NCBI RefSeq assembly: GCF_029227855.1
Contig: NZ_CP074356.1
DNA length: 64,000 nucleotides
Strand: one strand, 5' to 3'
Origin: Escherichia coli
GTDB lineage: Bacteria; Pseudomonadota; Gammaproteobacteria; Enterobacterales; Enterobacteriaceae
Both the position numbers and the translations under genes were made by a program. This document shows positions 46,281 to 59,476 of the stretch, piece after piece (the first letter of the stretch is position 1; every line of letters starts with the position of its first letter). The notes below the pieces were generated by a model. That model saw only the letters and a program-made list of their open reading frames with translations, searched no databases and was not told the DNA's origin.

Positions 46281-48740
46281 ATGGACACCGTGAATATTTA
46301 TCGACTCTCTTTTATATCCTGCCTGGTCATGGCGATACCTTCCGCATTGGCGGTCGAATTCAACCTGAATGTCCTCGATAAATCGATGCGAGATCGCATT
46401 GATATTTCATTATTAAAGGAAAAAGGGGGCATTGCTCCCGGTGAATATTTTGTTAGCGTTGCAGTAAATAACAACCAAATCAGTAACGGACAAAAGATTG
46501 ACTGGAAAAAGAACGGTGACCAAACCATTCCGTGTATTAATGATTTACTGGTAGATAAATTTGGTTTAAAACCTGAAGTTCGTCAGTCGTTACCACGGTT
46601 AAACCAGTGCGTCGATTTTAGCTCCCGGCCTGAAATTCTCTTCATTTTTGATCAGGCTAGCCAGCAACTGAATATCACTATTCCACAAGCCTGGCTGGCG
46701 TGGCACTCAGATAACTGGACTCCCCCCTCAACATGGAAAGAAGGTGTCGCCGGCGTCCTGATGGACTACAACCTGTTTGCCAGCAGCTACCGCCCACAGG
46801 ATGGTAGCAACAGCACTAACCTGAACGCCTATGGAACAGCCGGAATTAACGCGGGAGCATGGCGTTTACGCAGTGATTACCAATTGAATCAGACCGATAG
46901 CGATGATAACCATGAACAGTCAGGCGAAATATCACGCACCTATCTTTTTCGTCCATTACCGCAATTAGGTTCAAAATTAACCCTTGGTGAAACGGATTTC
47001 AGTTCCAATATTTTCGACGGCTTTTCTTATACCGGCGCGGCACTGGCAAGTGACGATCGGATGTTACCGTGGGAGCTACGCGGCTACGCCCCACAAATCA
47101 GCGGCATTGCACAAACCAACGCCACCGTCACCGTGAGTCACTCAGGGCGAGTTATTTACCAGAAAAAAGTCCCACCAGGTCCGTTTATCATTGATGACCT
47201 TAATCAGTCCGTCCAGGGTACGTTGGATGTCAAAGTGACGGAAGAAGATGGTCGGGTGAACAATTTCCAGGTTTCGGCAGCATCGACGCTCTTCCTTACG
47301 CGCCAGGGGCAGGTTCGCTATAAACTTGCTGCCGGTCAGCCGCGAACATCTATGTCTCATCAAACTGAAAATGAAACCTTTTTTAGCAATGAAGTTTCCT
47401 GGGGGATGCTGTCAAACACCTCGCTGTACGGCGGCCTGCTGATTTCGGGTGATGACTACCATTCTGCCGCAATGGGTATCGGGCAAAATATGCTGTGGCT
47501 TGGTGCGCTGTCTTTTGATGTCACCTGGGCCAGTAGTCAGTTTGATACTCAGCAGGACGAGCGGGGCTTAAGTTACCGCTTTAATTACAGCAAACAAGTG
47601 GATGCCACTAACAGCACGATTTCGCTCGCCGCTTATCGCTTCTCAGATCGTCATTTTCACAGCTACGCCAACTATCTGGATCACAAATACAACGACAACG
47701 ATGCGCAGGACGAAAAACAGACGATCAGCTTATCCGTGGGCCAACCGATTACCCCACTAAACCTCAATCTTTACGCCAACCTGCTGCATCAAACCTGGTG
47801 GAATGCAGACGCCTCCACGACCGCCAACATCACGGCGGGTTTTAATGTTGATATTGGTAACTGGAGAGATATCTCGATCTCGACGTCATTCAATACAACC
47901 CATTACGAAGATAAAGATCGCGACAATCAGATTTACCTGTCGATTTCGCTCCCCTTCGGTAATGGGGGGCGGGTCGGTTATGACATGCAAAACAGTAGTC
48001 ACAGCACCACGCACCGCATGTCGTGGAATGATACGTTAGATGAACGTAATAGCTGGGGCATGTCTACCGGACTGCAATCCGACCGTCCGGATAATGGAGC
48101 CCAGGTGAGCGGTAACTATCAGCACCTGAGTTCAGCGGGTGAGTGGGATATTTCTGGTACCTATGCCGCCAATGATTACAGTTCCGTCAGCAGCAGCTGG
48201 AGCGGTTCTTTCACAGCAACCCAATATGGTGCGGCGTTCCATCGTCGCAGCTCCACCAATGAACCACGCCTGATGGTCAGCACCGATGGCGTGGCAGATA
48301 TTCCGGTTCAGGGCAATCTCGACTACACCAACCATTTTGGCATTGCGGTGGTGCCGTTGATTTCCAGTTACCAGCCTTCCACCGTGGCGGTGAACATGAA
48401 TGATTTACCCGACGGCGTAACAGTGGCAGATAACGTTATCAAAGAAACGTGGATTGAAGGCGCGATAGGTTACAAATCGCTGGCTTCCCGTTCCGGTAAA
48501 GACGTTAACGTCATCATTCGCAACGCCAGCGGTCAGCTCCCCCCCCTCGGTGCGGATATCCGCCAGGAGGATAGCGGCATTAGCGTGGGAATGGTTGGCG
48601 AGGAAGGACACGCCTGGTTAAGTGGAGTCGCTGAAAATCAACAATTTACCGTGTTCTGGGGTGATAGCCAGCGTTGCTCGATCCATCTTCCTGAACATAT
48701 GGAAGACACCGCAAATCGCCTGATTTTACCTTGTCATTAA
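46281..48740 (+). CDS. ybgQ: Fimbrial outer-membrane usher
   Basis: About 819 aa with signal peptide MDTVNIYRLSFISCLVMAIPSALA; usher-family length and composition; start placed at internal ATG. Confidence 0.85.
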   Translation: MDTVNIYRLSFISCLVMAIPSALAVEFNLNVLDKSMRDRIDISLLKEKGGIAPGEYFVSVAVNNNQISNGQKIDWKKNGDQTIPCINDLLVDKFGLKPEVRQSLPRLNQCVDFSSRPEILFIFDQASQQLNITIPQAWLAWHSDNWTPPSTWKEGVAGVLMDYNLFASSYRPQDGSNSTNLNAYGTAGINAGAWRLRSDYQLNQTDSDDNHEQSGEISRTYLFRPLPQLGSKLTLGETDFSSNIFDGFSYTGAALASDDRMLPWELRGYAPQISGIAQTNATVTVSHSGRVIYQKKVPPGPFIIDDLNQSVQGTLDVKVTEEDGRVNNFQVSAASTLFLTRQGQVRYKLAAGQPRTSMSHQTENETFFSNEVSWGMLSNTSLYGGLLISGDDYHSAAMGIGQNMLWLGALSFDVTWASSQFDTQQDERGLSYRFNYSKQVDATNSTISLAAYRFSDRHFHSYANYLDHKYNDNDAQDEKQTISLSVGQPITPLNLNLYANLLHQTWWNADASTTANITAGFNVDIGNWRDISISTSFNTTHYEDKDRDNQIYLSISLPFGNGGRVGYDMQNSSHSTTHRMSWNDTLDERNSWGMSTGLQSDRPDNGAQVSGNYQHLSSAGEWDISGTYAANDYSSVSSSWSGSFTATQYGAAFHRRSSTNEPRLMVSTDGVADIPVQGNLDYTNHFGIAVVPLISSYQPSTVAVNMNDLPDGVTVADNVIKETWIEGAIGYKSLASRSGKDVNVIIRNASGQLPPLGADIRQEDSGISVGMVGEEGHAWLSGVAENQQFTVFWGDSQRCSIHLPEHMEDTANRLILPCH

Positions 48741-48754
48741 TTAAGGAAATGAAA

Positions 48755-49487
48755 ATGACATTTATGAAAGGACTACCCCTTTTGTTGTTGGTTGCCAGTC
48801 TGTGCAGCCACGCTGCACTACAACCCGATCGCACTCGTATTGTGTTTAACGCTAATGATAAAGCTACCAGTCTGCGCGTGGATAATCGTAGCGATAAACT
48901 CCCCTACCTCGCTTATTCCTGGCTCGAAAATGAAAAAGGGGAGAAAAGCGACGATCTTCTGGTCGCCCTGCCACCGATACAACGTCTGGAACCGAAAGCA
49001 ACAACGCAGATGCGGATAGTCAAGCAAGCCTCGACCGCGAAATTACCGGGCGATCGCGAAACGCTATTTTTCTACAATATGCGTGAAATTCCTCCCTCCC
49101 CAGAAAAAAAACAGCGGCCATGCCGTTCTGCAGGTCGCCATCCAGAGTCGTATCAAGGTGTTCTGGAGACCGTCCGCGTTACGCAAGAAAGCAGGAGAAA
49201 AAGTCGAGCTACAGTTACAAGTCAGCCAGCAGGGCAATCAACTTAACTTAAAAAACCCGACCGGCTATTACCTGACAATCGCCTACTTGGGACGAAATGA
49301 GCAAGCTGTTCTCCCGGGCTTCAAAACCGTGATGGTTGCGCCTTTTAGTACAGTAATTACAAACACCGGAAGTTATAGCGGCAGTCAGTTTTATCTCGGT
49401 TATATGGATGATTACGGCGCGTTACGCATGACGACGCTCAATTGCAACGGACATTGCCGTTTACAAGCAGTGGAGGCGAAGAAATGA
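48755..49487 (+). pseudogene. ybgP: Fimbrial periplasmic chaperone (PapD-like) disrupted by a frameshift in an A8 homopolymer
   Basis: N-terminal half (MTFMKGLPLLLLVASLCSHA...FFYNMREIPPSPEK) is in one frame and the C-terminal half (NSGHAVLQVAIQSRIKVFWRP...) in the +1 frame; the switch maps to the run of eight A at 49104-49111. Seven A would give a continuous chaperone of about 240 aa. Confidence 0.75.
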
Positions 49488-50545
49488 GTACTGGCAAAGG
49501 ATTGTTGCTCGTCATCTGTCTGTTATTTCTGCCATTGAAGTCTGCGCTAGCGCTGAACTGCTATTTTGGTACTTCCGGCGGAACGGTAGAAAAATCGGAA
49601 GCGATTCAACCCTTTGCTGTGCCAGGTAATGCCAAACCCGGCGATAAGATCTGGGAATCTGACGATATTAAAATTCCCGTCTATTGTGACAACAATACCA
49701 ACGGCAACTTTGAAAGCGAACATGTCTACGCATGGGTAAACCCCTACCCGGGGGTACAGGATCGTTATTATCAACTCGGCGTGACATACAATGGTGTCGA
49801 TTACGATGCCAGTCTGGGGAAAAGCCGCATCGACACCAACCAGTGTATCGACAGTAAGAACATTAACATTTATACCCCTGAGCAGATTATCGCGATGGGC
49901 TGGCAGAACAAAATATGCTCGGGTGACCCCGCTAATATTCACATGTCGCGAACCTTTCTTGCTCGTATGCGGTTATACGTTAAGATTCGCGAAATACCGC
50001 CGCATGATTATCAAAGTACGCTTAGCGACTACATCGTCGTGCAATTTGATGGTGCCGGTAGCGTTAACGAAGACCCTACCGCCCAAAACCTGAAATACCA
50101 TATTACTGGTCTGGAAAACATTCGTGTACTGGATTGCAGCGTCAATTTTTCTATTTCACCAGAAACACAGGTGATTGATTTTGGTAAATTTAACCTGCTG
50201 GATATTCGCCGCCACACAATGTCGAAAACATTCAGTATTAAGACGACAAAATCACAAAATGACCAGTGCACCGACGGATTTAAGGTCAGCTCTTCGTTTT
50301 ATACCGAAGAAACATTGATTGAAGAGGATAAAGCACTGCTGATTGGTAATGGACTGAAGCTACGTTTGCTGGATGAAAATTCTTCACCCTATACTTTCAA
50401 CAAATACAGCGAATATGCTGATTTCACCAGCGATATGCTGATCTACGAAAAAACCTATACGGCTGAACTTTCGTCCATTCCCGGCACCCCCATCGAAGCG
50501 GGTCCCTTCGATACAGTGGTGCTTTTTAAGATTAACTATAACTAA
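49484..50545 (+). CDS. ybgO: Fimbrial adhesin-like tip protein
   Basis: 353 aa, signal peptide [23 protein letters not shown]; last gene of the fimbrial operon; GGAGG RBS. Confidence 0.8.
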   Translation: MSTGKGLLLVICLLFLPLKSALALNCYFGTSGGTVEKSEAIQPFAVPGNAKPGDKIWESDDIKIPVYCDNNTNGNFESEHVYAWVNPYPGVQDRYYQLGVTYNGVDYDASLGKSRIDTNQCIDSKNINIYTPEQIIAMGWQNKICSGDPANIHMSRTFLARMRLYVKIREIPPHDYQSTLSDYIVVQFDGAGSVNEDPTAQNLKYHITGLENIRVLDCSVNFSISPETQVIDFGKFNLLDIRRHTMSKTFSIKTTKSQNDQCTDGFKVSSSFYTEETLIEEDKALLIGNGLKLRLLDENSSPYTFNKYSEYADFTSDMLIYEKTYTAELSSIPGTPIEAGPFDTVVLFKINYN

Positions 50546-50697
50546 TTTATCATGATGCCCTTTGCAGTCAGTAAAGGGCATCTCTTTCAGAAAATTGCTG
50601 ATTTTCCCCTTTTCCTTGATTGCTGTTATTTTTTCCTGGCCCGGCTTTCTTTATGCTGTATCGATACACCAAAGAGAAAATAATGAGGGAGCGAAGG

Positions 50698-51744
50698 ATG
50701 CCAGTTTTGCAGTGGGGAATGTTATGTGTGATATCACTTCTCCTTTCTATTGGTTTCCTCGCGGTACATCTCCCGGCGGCACTATTACTTGGGCCGATGA
50801 TCGCCGGGATCATCTTTAGTATGCGCGGAATTACTCTGCAACTTCCCCGCTCCGCTTTTCTCGCCGCCCAGGCCATTCTTGGCTGCATGATTGCGCAAAA
50901 CCTCACTGGTTCGATTCTCACCACGCTGGCCGTCAACTGGCCGATCGTGCTTACAATTTTACTGGTGACGCTGCTTTCCAGCGCCATTGTTGGGTGGCTA
51001 CTGGTGCGCTATAGCTCATTACCTGGAAATACTGGTGCCTGGGGTTCTTCTCCTGGCGGCGCGGCGGCAATGGTCGCTATGGCGCAAGATTACGGCGCAG
51101 ATATTCGCCTGGTGGCGTTTATGCAATATCTGCGAGTGCTGTTCGTCGCGGGGGCCGCTGTTCTGGTCACCCGCATGATGCTGGGCGAAAACGCTGAAGC
51201 GGTTAACCAGCAGATCGTCTGGTTCCCGCCAGTGAGCATTAATCTCCTGCTTACGATTTTGCTCGCGGTCGTTGCCGGTACGGCGGGATGCTTGCTACGT
51301 CTTCCTTCCGGCACGATGCTCATCCCGATGCTGGCGGGCGCAGTGCTCCAGTCTGGTCAGCTCATCACCATCGAACTACCAGAATGGCTGCTGGCGATGG
51401 CGTATATGGCAATTGGCTGGCGGATTGGTCTTGGTTTCGATAAGCAAATCTTACTGCGGGCATTGCGCCCGCTGCCACAAATCTTGCTGTCGATTTTTGC
51501 TCTGCTGGCTATTTGTGCAGGTATGGCGTGGGGGCTGACCCGGTTTATGCATATTGATTTTATGACCGCCTACCTCGCCACCAGTCCCGGCGGGCTTGAT
51601 ACCGTGGCGGTCATCGCCGCAGGGAGCAATGCCGATATGGCGCTTATTATGGCGATGCAAACCCTGCGCCTGTTCAGTATTTTGCTGACGGGGCCAGCCA
51701 TTGCGCGGTTTATTTCAACCTATGCGCCGAAACGGTCGGCCTAG
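50698..51744 (+). CDS. abrB: AbrB-family membrane protein (putative transporter/regulator)
   Basis: About 348 aa polytopic membrane protein; start at ATG 50698 with GAAGG RBS. Confidence 0.8.
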   Translation: MPVLQWGMLCVISLLLSIGFLAVHLPAALLLGPMIAGIIFSMRGITLQLPRSAFLAAQAILGCMIAQNLTGSILTTLAVNWPIVLTILLVTLLSSAIVGWLLVRYSSLPGNTGAWGSSPGGAAAMVAMAQDYGADIRLVAFMQYLRVLFVAGAAVLVTRMMLGENAEAVNQQIVWFPPVSINLLLTILLAVVAGTAGCLLRLPSGTMLIPMLAGAVLQSGQLITIELPEWLLAMAYMAIGWRIGLGFDKQILLRALRPLPQILLSIFALLAICAGMAWGLTRFMHIDFMTAYLATSPGGLDTVAVIAAGSNADMALIMAMQTLRLFSILLTGPAIARFISTYAPKRSA

Positions 51745-52532
51745 TGCTGGCAACCCGGACACCAGTAAAACGGGCGAGATGACAGCGTGGTTTTCTCAAT
51801 GATGCTGCCACAGCGTTCACACGGTTCGCCATCACGATGAAAAACCTTAAAGCGAAACAACGCCCCATGATGTTTATTCTCATCCACCTGCCCCCGCGTA
51901 GCGTAAGAAAGTCGAGGAATATCCAGTAACGCGTCTGCGAGTGCATCCAGTTGCGCCGCATTGAGATCTTTCGCTTTATGATTTCCAGTCAACCCCACCT
52001 GCCAGAGGATCTCCACCCGCAAATAATTGCCAAGTCCTGCCAGAAACGCCTGATCGAGCAGTAATCCAGCAAACTGACGGTTACGAAAGCGCAGCGACAA
52101 TAATCGTTCCTTTACCACCTCTGGCGTCAGATTCGGATCCAGCACATCTGGACCAACGCGTTGTAAAAACGGATGCGTGGTCAGTTGTTCCGGGGTCAAC
52201 ATCTCAATATCCGAGGCGCTATAAAGCAGAATGGTTTTGTCAGCCGTTTGCAGTTTTACCCGCAATACTCGCGTGGTCTGCGGCTCTTCGCCGGTATCAA
52301 CCACGCGCCAGACGCCGTAAAGCTGATTATGGCTGTAGAGCGTTAAACCGTTGGAAAAATGAGTTAACAACGCCTTACCTCGCGTTTCCACATGGCTAAC
52401 GTGTTGACCGATAAGTTGTGATTGATAAGGTTTTAACTGCGGGAAGGCAAACCAGACATCAGTTAGTGGTTTGCCTTTGATCGCCGCCTCCAGGTTATCC
52501 GCTGCGCGGCGGATCTCCGGGCCTTCAGGCAT
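51741..52532 (-). CDS. nei: Endonuclease VIII (DNA glycosylase/AP lyase)
   Basis: 263 aa, [22 protein letters not shown]-terminal catalytic Pro and C-terminal zinc finger ([10 protein letters not shown]...CPGCQ). Confidence 0.95.
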   Translation of the reverse strand: MPEGPEIRRAADNLEAAIKGKPLTDVWFAFPQLKPYQSQLIGQHVSHVETRGKALLTHFSNGLTLYSHNQLYGVWRVVDTGEEPQTTRVLRVKLQTADKTILLYSASDIEMLTPEQLTTHPFLQRVGPDVLDPNLTPEVVKERLLSLRFRNRQFAGLLLDQAFLAGLGNYLRVEILWQVGLTGNHKAKDLNAAQLDALADALLDIPRLSYATRGQVDENKHHGALFRFKVFHRDGEPCERCGSIIEKTTLSSRPFYWCPGCQH

Positions 52533-52567
52533 GGTGATATCCTTTTTTCATTCTTTATTAAGCGGGG

Positions 52568-53302
52568 TTATGCTGCGACAACAATCCCCTTTTCGGAAAA
52601 TGTAGAGCGTAGTCGGCGGGCGAATGCCAGTGCGTGTTCTCCATCGCCATGCAGGCAGACCGTTTGCGCCGTGACCGTTGCCCATTCGCCGTTGATACTT
52701 TTGACTCTGCCGTGTTGCACCATCTCCAACGTTTGCGCCAGCGCCTGTTCTTCGTTTTCAATCAACGCGCCTGGCTGGCTTCGCGGCACCAGCGAGCCGT
52801 CAGCCTGATAACCGCGATCGGCAAACACTTCCTCGCGCGTTGTCAGGCCATATTGCTTGCCTGCACGAATCAGCTCGCTTCCTGCCAGCCCGACGAGAAT
52901 CAATGCCGGATCGCAAGCGTATACCGCTCTGGCGATGGCGTCTGCCAGTTGTGCCTCTTTCGCCGCCTGGTTGTATAACATGCCGTGCGGTTTGACATGA
53001 CACATTACGCCGCCTTGCGCACGGGTAATCGCTGCCAGCGCGCCAATTTGATACAGCGTCTGGGCGTAAACGGTTTCTGGCGGCAGCTGCATGGCGCTGC
53101 GACCAAAATTTTCCCTGTCGGGAAAACTCGGGTGAGCGCCAATCGCGACACCATTTTTTATTGCTTCACGCACGCAAGCCTGCATGGTTTGCGCATTGCC
53201 TGCATGAAATCCACAGGCAATATTGGCAGAGGAAACCAGCGTTAATAGCTCTGCGTCGCTGGCGCAGCCTTCGCCCAGATCGGCGTTCAGGTCAATTTTC
53301 AT
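52568..53302 (-). CDS. pxpA: 5-oxoprolinase subunit A (LamB/YcsF family)
   Basis: 244 aa, [20 protein letters not shown]. Confidence 0.9.
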   Translation of the reverse strand: MKIDLNADLGEGCASDAELLTLVSSANIACGFHAGNAQTMQACVREAIKNGVAIGAHPSFPDRENFGRSAMQLPPETVYAQTLYQIGALAAITRAQGGVMCHVKPHGMLYNQAAKEAQLADAIARAVYACDPALILVGLAGSELIRAGKQYGLTTREEVFADRGYQADGSLVPRSQPGALIENEEQALAQTLEMVQHGRVKSINGEWATVTAQTVCLHGDGEHALAFARRLRSTFSEKGIVVAA

Positions 53303-54224
53303 TGTGCAGCCGCCACGCTAATTGTTCGAAATAACGTTGTTGATCTTGCCGCGCTTTCAGTGCCTCTTCCAGTGAACACTGGACAAAATGAATCGGCTGA
53401 CCGAGCGGAATTTGCGCCAGATGGTACATATCAGCCTCAATGATACAGGCAATACGCGGATAACCACCGGTGGTCTGTGCGTCGTTCATCAATACAATCG
53501 GCTGGCCGTTATGCGGCACTTGCACCACACCCGGCAACAAACCGTGAGATAACAGTTCGCGATCGGTGGTGCGTTTTAAAATTTGCCCCTGTAAGCGATA
53601 GCCCATTCGGTTACTTTGCGAGCTAAGCTGCCAGGGCGAACGCCAGAATGCATCCTGCGAGGCGCGATCGAACTCATGATATTCCGGCCCCGGCAAGGCG
53701 CGAATGCGGTTGCCCCACAGCAGCTGTTTAACGCCCTGCGCTTCCATAAAATCACGCTTCGCTTTGCCAATCGGGAGTCGGTCACCATCCTTCAGTAAAC
53801 GGCCTTCCAGCCCGCCAATCCCCACTTTGAGATCGGTGCTGCATGACCCCATTACCGGCGGAACATCAATACCACCCGCGACCGCCAGATAACTGCGCAT
53901 CCCGTGCTGCGGGCGTTTAAGCGTTAAACGCTGGCCTGCTTTCATCGGCAATCGCCAGCCAGTCCAGACGGCGTTATCATCCAGCCGCGCTTCGCAACCG
54001 GCCCCCGTCAGAGCAAACCACCCATCAGTTTCGAACTCAACCGTTAACTGGCCGAGCGTGATCTCCAGCGCGGGGGCATTGGCGTCATTACCCACCAGTA
54101 GGTTAGCAATGCGTAACGCGGGCATATCCAGTGCGCCGCAGTGGCTGATACCCGACTGGCGAAAACCGTGACGACCGCCATCCTGCACAGTGGTATACAT
54201 GCCCGCACGAATAATCTTCAGCAT
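53292..54224 (-). CDS. pxpC: 5-oxoprolinase subunit C
   Basis: 310 aa; operon position between pxpB and pxpA. Confidence 0.9.
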   Translation of the reverse strand: MLKIIRAGMYTTVQDGGRHGFRQSGISHCGALDMPALRIANLLVGNDANAPALEITLGQLTVEFETDGWFALTGAGCEARLDDNAVWTGWRLPMKAGQRLTLKRPQHGMRSYLAVAGGIDVPPVMGSCSTDLKVGIGGLEGRLLKDGDRLPIGKAKRDFMEAQGVKQLLWGNRIRALPGPEYHEFDRASQDAFWRSPWQLSSQSNRMGYRLQGQILKRTTDRELLSHGLLPGVVQVPHNGQPIVLMNDAQTTGGYPRIACIIEADMYHLAQIPLGQPIHFVQCSLEEALKARQDQQRYFEQLAWRLHNEN

Positions 54225-54874
54225 ACTCCCTCCTTCTGCGGTACAAAGCGCACGCTGTCTCCCGGTCGTAATAAGATGGGTTCGTCACGCGCCGGATCAA
54301 ACAGGCTGAGTGAGGTATGACCAATCAACTGCCAGCCACCCGGCGTTGCCAGCGGATAAACACCAGTCTGCGGCCCGCCGATCCCGACAGAACCTGCCGG
54401 AACGAGCAAGCGCGGTTCAGCGCGCCGTGGCGTATGTAGTTGTTCCGGCAAACTCCCGAGATACGGGAAGCCCGGTTGAAAACCTAAAAACCAGACCACG
54501 TATTCCACGGAGGAGTGCAATTCAACAACCTGTTTTTCGCTCAATCCACAATGCGCCGCGACCACCGCCAAATCCGGTCCGGCTGCGCCACCGTAAACCA
54601 CCGGAATTTCAATAAAGCGAGACTCCGGCTCCAGCGCCTCACTCTCCTCCCACCAGCGTTGCAAACGCTCTATGGCATCCAGCGCCAGCGACTCAGGATT
54701 ACGCAAAATCACCGTGATATTGTTCATGCCGGGAATGGCTTCAACCACATTCGGCATATCCACCAGACGCTGTGCCAGTCGCCAGATCCGTTTCTGGCTA
54801 GCCAGCGTCACCGGCGGTTCCAGCTCCAGCACTACCGCCGTTTCACCTATCAGATAACAACGCGCTCGTTGCAC
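54218..54874 (-). CDS. pxpB: 5-oxoprolinase subunit B
   Basis: 218 aa; operon position. Confidence 0.9.
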   Translation of the reverse strand: MQRARCYLIGETAVVLELEPPVTLASQKRIWRLAQRLVDMPNVVEAIPGMNNITVILRNPESLALDAIERLQRWWEESEALEPESRFIEIPVVYGGAAGPDLAVVAAHCGLSEKQVVELHSSVEYVVWFLGFQPGFPYLGSLPEQLHTPRRAEPRLLVPAGSVGIGGPQTGVYPLATPGGWQLIGHTSLSLFDPARDEPILLRPGDSVRFVPQKEGVC

Positions 54875-54896
54875 TTTCGATCCCTCTGATTATTCG

Positions 54897-55640
54897 TTAT
54901 GCAGGATTAGGAATATCAATAAAGGTCACATCAAGATCGGTATTTTCATTCAGCCACTCGCTCAATGCGCGAATACCACCGCGTTCAGTGGCATGGTGAC
55001 CCGCAGCATAAAAATGCAATCCCTGCTCGCGGGCTGAATGAATGGTCTGTTCAGAAACTTCGCCAGTAATAAAAGCATCCACGCCAAAACGCGCGGCGCT
55101 ATCGATAAAACTCTGCCCGCCGCCCGTGCACCAGGCAACGCGCTGGACCACCTCAGGTCCGGTATCGCCACACCATAACGGCTTACGTCCCAGACGCGCT
55201 TCAATCCAGGAAGCCAGCTCCAGTCCCGGCACAGGCATGGTCAGTTCGCCCCACGGCACCAACGGCTCAATTTCGCCCATGACCGTGATCCCCAGTAACG
55301 CCGCCAGCTGTGCGTTATTGCCCAGCTCAGGATGTGCGTCAAGCGGCAAATGCCAGCCATACAGGTTGATATCATTTGCCAGCAACGTTTTTAAACGGTT
55401 ACGCTTCATTCCGCGAATGACCGGAGATTCGCCTTTCCAGAAGTAGCCATGATGCACAATGACCGCATCCGCGCCCAGACGCACTGCCTCATCGAGCAAA
55501 GCCTGGCTGGCAGTGACACCGGTAACAATTTTTTGCACCGTCTCTTTGCCTTCCACCTGCAAACCATTCGGCGCGTAATCACTAATCGCCGCGCTGTTCA
55601 GTTTTTCGTTAATCAGTTGTTCCAGTTCGGTGTTTTTCAT
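54897..55640 (-). CDS. ybgI: Nif3-family metal-binding protein (GTP cyclohydrolase 1 type 2 homolog)
   Basis: 247 aa, MKNTELEQLINEKLNSAAISDYAPNGLQVEG. Confidence 0.9.
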   Translation of the reverse strand: MKNTELEQLINEKLNSAAISDYAPNGLQVEGKETVQKIVTGVTASQALLDEAVRLGADAVIVHHGYFWKGESPVIRGMKRNRLKTLLANDINLYGWHLPLDAHPELGNNAQLAALLGITVMGEIEPLVPWGELTMPVPGLELASWIEARLGRKPLWCGDTGPEVVQRVAWCTGGGQSFIDSAARFGVDAFITGEVSEQTIHSAREQGLHFYAAGHHATERGGIRALSEWLNENTDLDVTFIDIPNPA

Positions 55641-55727
55641 CTTCGCGCCTTCCGTATTCTGATAGCTACACCGTTAACATAGCGTTACCTCGCCTGTTCG
55701 TCGATAGCCAATCTTTTGACATATTAA

Positions 55728-57392
<1,665 letters not shown>

Positions 57393-57434
57393 CAGGCCAG
57401 CACCGATGCCTGATAAAACGCTCGCTGCGTTTTA

Positions 57435-58853
57435 TCAGGCTCCTTTCCTCGCTTCTTCGTACGCTGCCAGCGTTCGCAGCCTTGCCTCTTTGTGATCAAC
57501 TATCGGTTGCGGATAATCCAGCGTCACACCTGCTTTCTGCGCCCACTTCCACGGCTCATGCACCACTTTCCCTGGCACATCGCGCAGTTCCGGTAGCCAC
57601 TGGCGGATAAACTCGCCTTCGCGGTCAAATTTCTCGCCCTGGGTTGTCGGGTTAAAAATACGAAAATACGGCGCTGCATCGGTTCCGGTTGAAGCGGCCC
57701 ACTGCCAGCCACCGTTATTAGCTGCCAAATCACCATCAATCAGCTGCGACATGAAATATCGCTCGCCTTCGCGCCAGTCGATCAACAAATCTTTCACCAG
57801 AAAACTGGCTGTAATCATCCGTAGCCTGTTATGCATCCAGCCAGTGCTGTTAAGCTGACGCATGGCAGCATCGACAATCGGGTATCCCGTTTTGCCTTCC
57901 TGCCAGGCCTGTAAATGTGCGGGATTGCTCTGCCACTGCACACGATCCGTCCAGGCAATAAACGGACAATGTTTACACAACGAGGGGTAATACGTCATCA
58001 GATGACGGTAGAACTCGCGCCAGATCAGCTCACTAAGCCAGACACTACCGGCCCCACCGTCCAGCGCCTGCGGCTGTTCCGCCAACAGGCGATGCAGACA
58101 CTGGCGAGGCGATAACCCGCCCGTTGCCAGGCTGGCGGACAAACGGCTGGTACCTTCAACAGCCGGAAAATCTCTTTGTTGCTCATACTCTCCGGCACCG
58201 TTCTGGCAAAACTGGCGTAATTGCGCAATCGCCGCTTTTTCTTCCACCGGGAAATGCGCAGTATCGAAAGGCTGACGAGGATAATTCAGCGTAATGGATG
58301 GCGCGGGTTCTATCATTCCGCTACTACGTACTTTTGGCGCAGCGACGCACTCCGGCATCCCTTCTCGCAGCCGTTTCAGCCAGGCATTTTGAAAAGGCGT
58401 AAAGACTTTGTACATCTCATGATTGCCAGTCATCACCGCGCCAGGCGGCAGGATCACGCTGTCATCAAATCCTTCACACACCACGTTACGCAGCGTTCTC
58501 TCAACCTGCACATCCCGCGCCCGCTCATTCACCTCATACTGATAGTTATAAAACAGATGGGTAACACGATTTTCCGCGCACACCTGTTCAACTATTTCGA
58601 CGCTGGCGGCAAAGTCATCCACTTCATGAAACAGCAAAGGAATGCCTTTTTCCGCCAGCGCGATTTGTAGCCCGTTCAGTTGTGCATTGATAAATTCAGC
58701 CTGACGCGGCGACATATTATGCGCCGCCCACTGGCGTGGTGTAGCGATATACAACGCCAGCACGCGTGCAGACGAATAGCGGCAAGCGGCAGCCAGTGCG
58801 AAATTATCGTGCAGACGTAAATCCTGGCGAAACCAGACCAGATGGGTAGTCAT
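57435..58853 (-). CDS. phrB: Deoxyribodipyrimidine photolyase
   Basis: 472 aa, MTTHLVWFRQDLRLHDNFALAAA. Confidence 0.95.
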   Translation of the reverse strand: MTTHLVWFRQDLRLHDNFALAAACRYSSARVLALYIATPRQWAAHNMSPRQAEFINAQLNGLQIALAEKGIPLLFHEVDDFAASVEIVEQVCAENRVTHLFYNYQYEVNERARDVQVERTLRNVVCEGFDDSVILPPGAVMTGNHEMYKVFTPFQNAWLKRLREGMPECVAAPKVRSSGMIEPAPSITLNYPRQPFDTAHFPVEEKAAIAQLRQFCQNGAGEYEQQRDFPAVEGTSRLSASLATGGLSPRQCLHRLLAEQPQALDGGAGSVWLSELIWREFYRHLMTYYPSLCKHCPFIAWTDRVQWQSNPAHLQAWQEGKTGYPIVDAAMRQLNSTGWMHNRLRMITASFLVKDLLIDWREGERYFMSQLIDGDLAANNGGWQWAASTGTDAAPYFRIFNPTTQGEKFDREGEFIRQWLPELRDVPGKVVHEPWKWAQKAGVTLDYPQPIVDHKEARLRTLAAYEEARKGA

Positions 58854-59359
58854 AAAACTCCTGCATGGCGCAAGTTAATCACACGCGGCCAAAGTTCGAA
58901 ATAACGCTGCTCTGAAAGCCAGGCGTCAGGATAAAACGCCATATAGTGTTTGATACGCATCAGCGGCGCAAGAAGCGGTTGCTCGCCACGGCGATAACTG
59001 TCGATAAGCGCCGCCAGCTGCTGGCGTTCTGTGGAATCAATATGTGGGCGAAAATATCCCTGAACGTGCATCAAAACGTTAGTATGATCACGCCGGTTGG
59101 CAGGGTGAGAAAGCAAAACAATTACGCGTTGGCGGTACTGGTTGTAATAGTCATCCAGATTTTGCCACTGGTGAATATCAGCCACAAACGGGCCAAGTTT
59201 GCGGTACTCGGGCTGGGAATGGGCCAGAAAGACGAGTTTATAGCGGCTGTGATAATCGTTGAGTGCCCCGCGCGTTAAGCCATGTTCTTTCAGTCGATGT
59301 AACTCATGAAGGGCGAAGATACGGATTAGGGTGCTGTCATCAAATCGTTGCTGATTCAT
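58850..59359 (-). CDS. ybgA: DUF1722-family protein co-transcribed with photolyase
   Basis: 169 aa; 4 nt overlap with the phrB start. Confidence 0.85.
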   Translation of the reverse strand: MNQQRFDDSTLIRIFALHELHRLKEHGLTRGALNDYHSRYKLVFLAHSQPEYRKLGPFVADIHQWQNLDDYYNQYRQRVIVLLSHPANRRDHTNVLMHVQGYFRPHIDSTERQQLAALIDSYRRGEQPLLAPLMRIKHYMAFYPDAWLSEQRYFELWPRVINLRHAGVL

Positions 59360-59476
59360 TACTGCTCCTGAACGGTTTACAGGAGTAAGTGTAGACGTTG
59401 GGAAATGATATTTGTGAAGTTAATCCTGTTGTAGCAGGGCAAGATTACGAAAGCCCGCTCCCCGCAAGGACTGACG

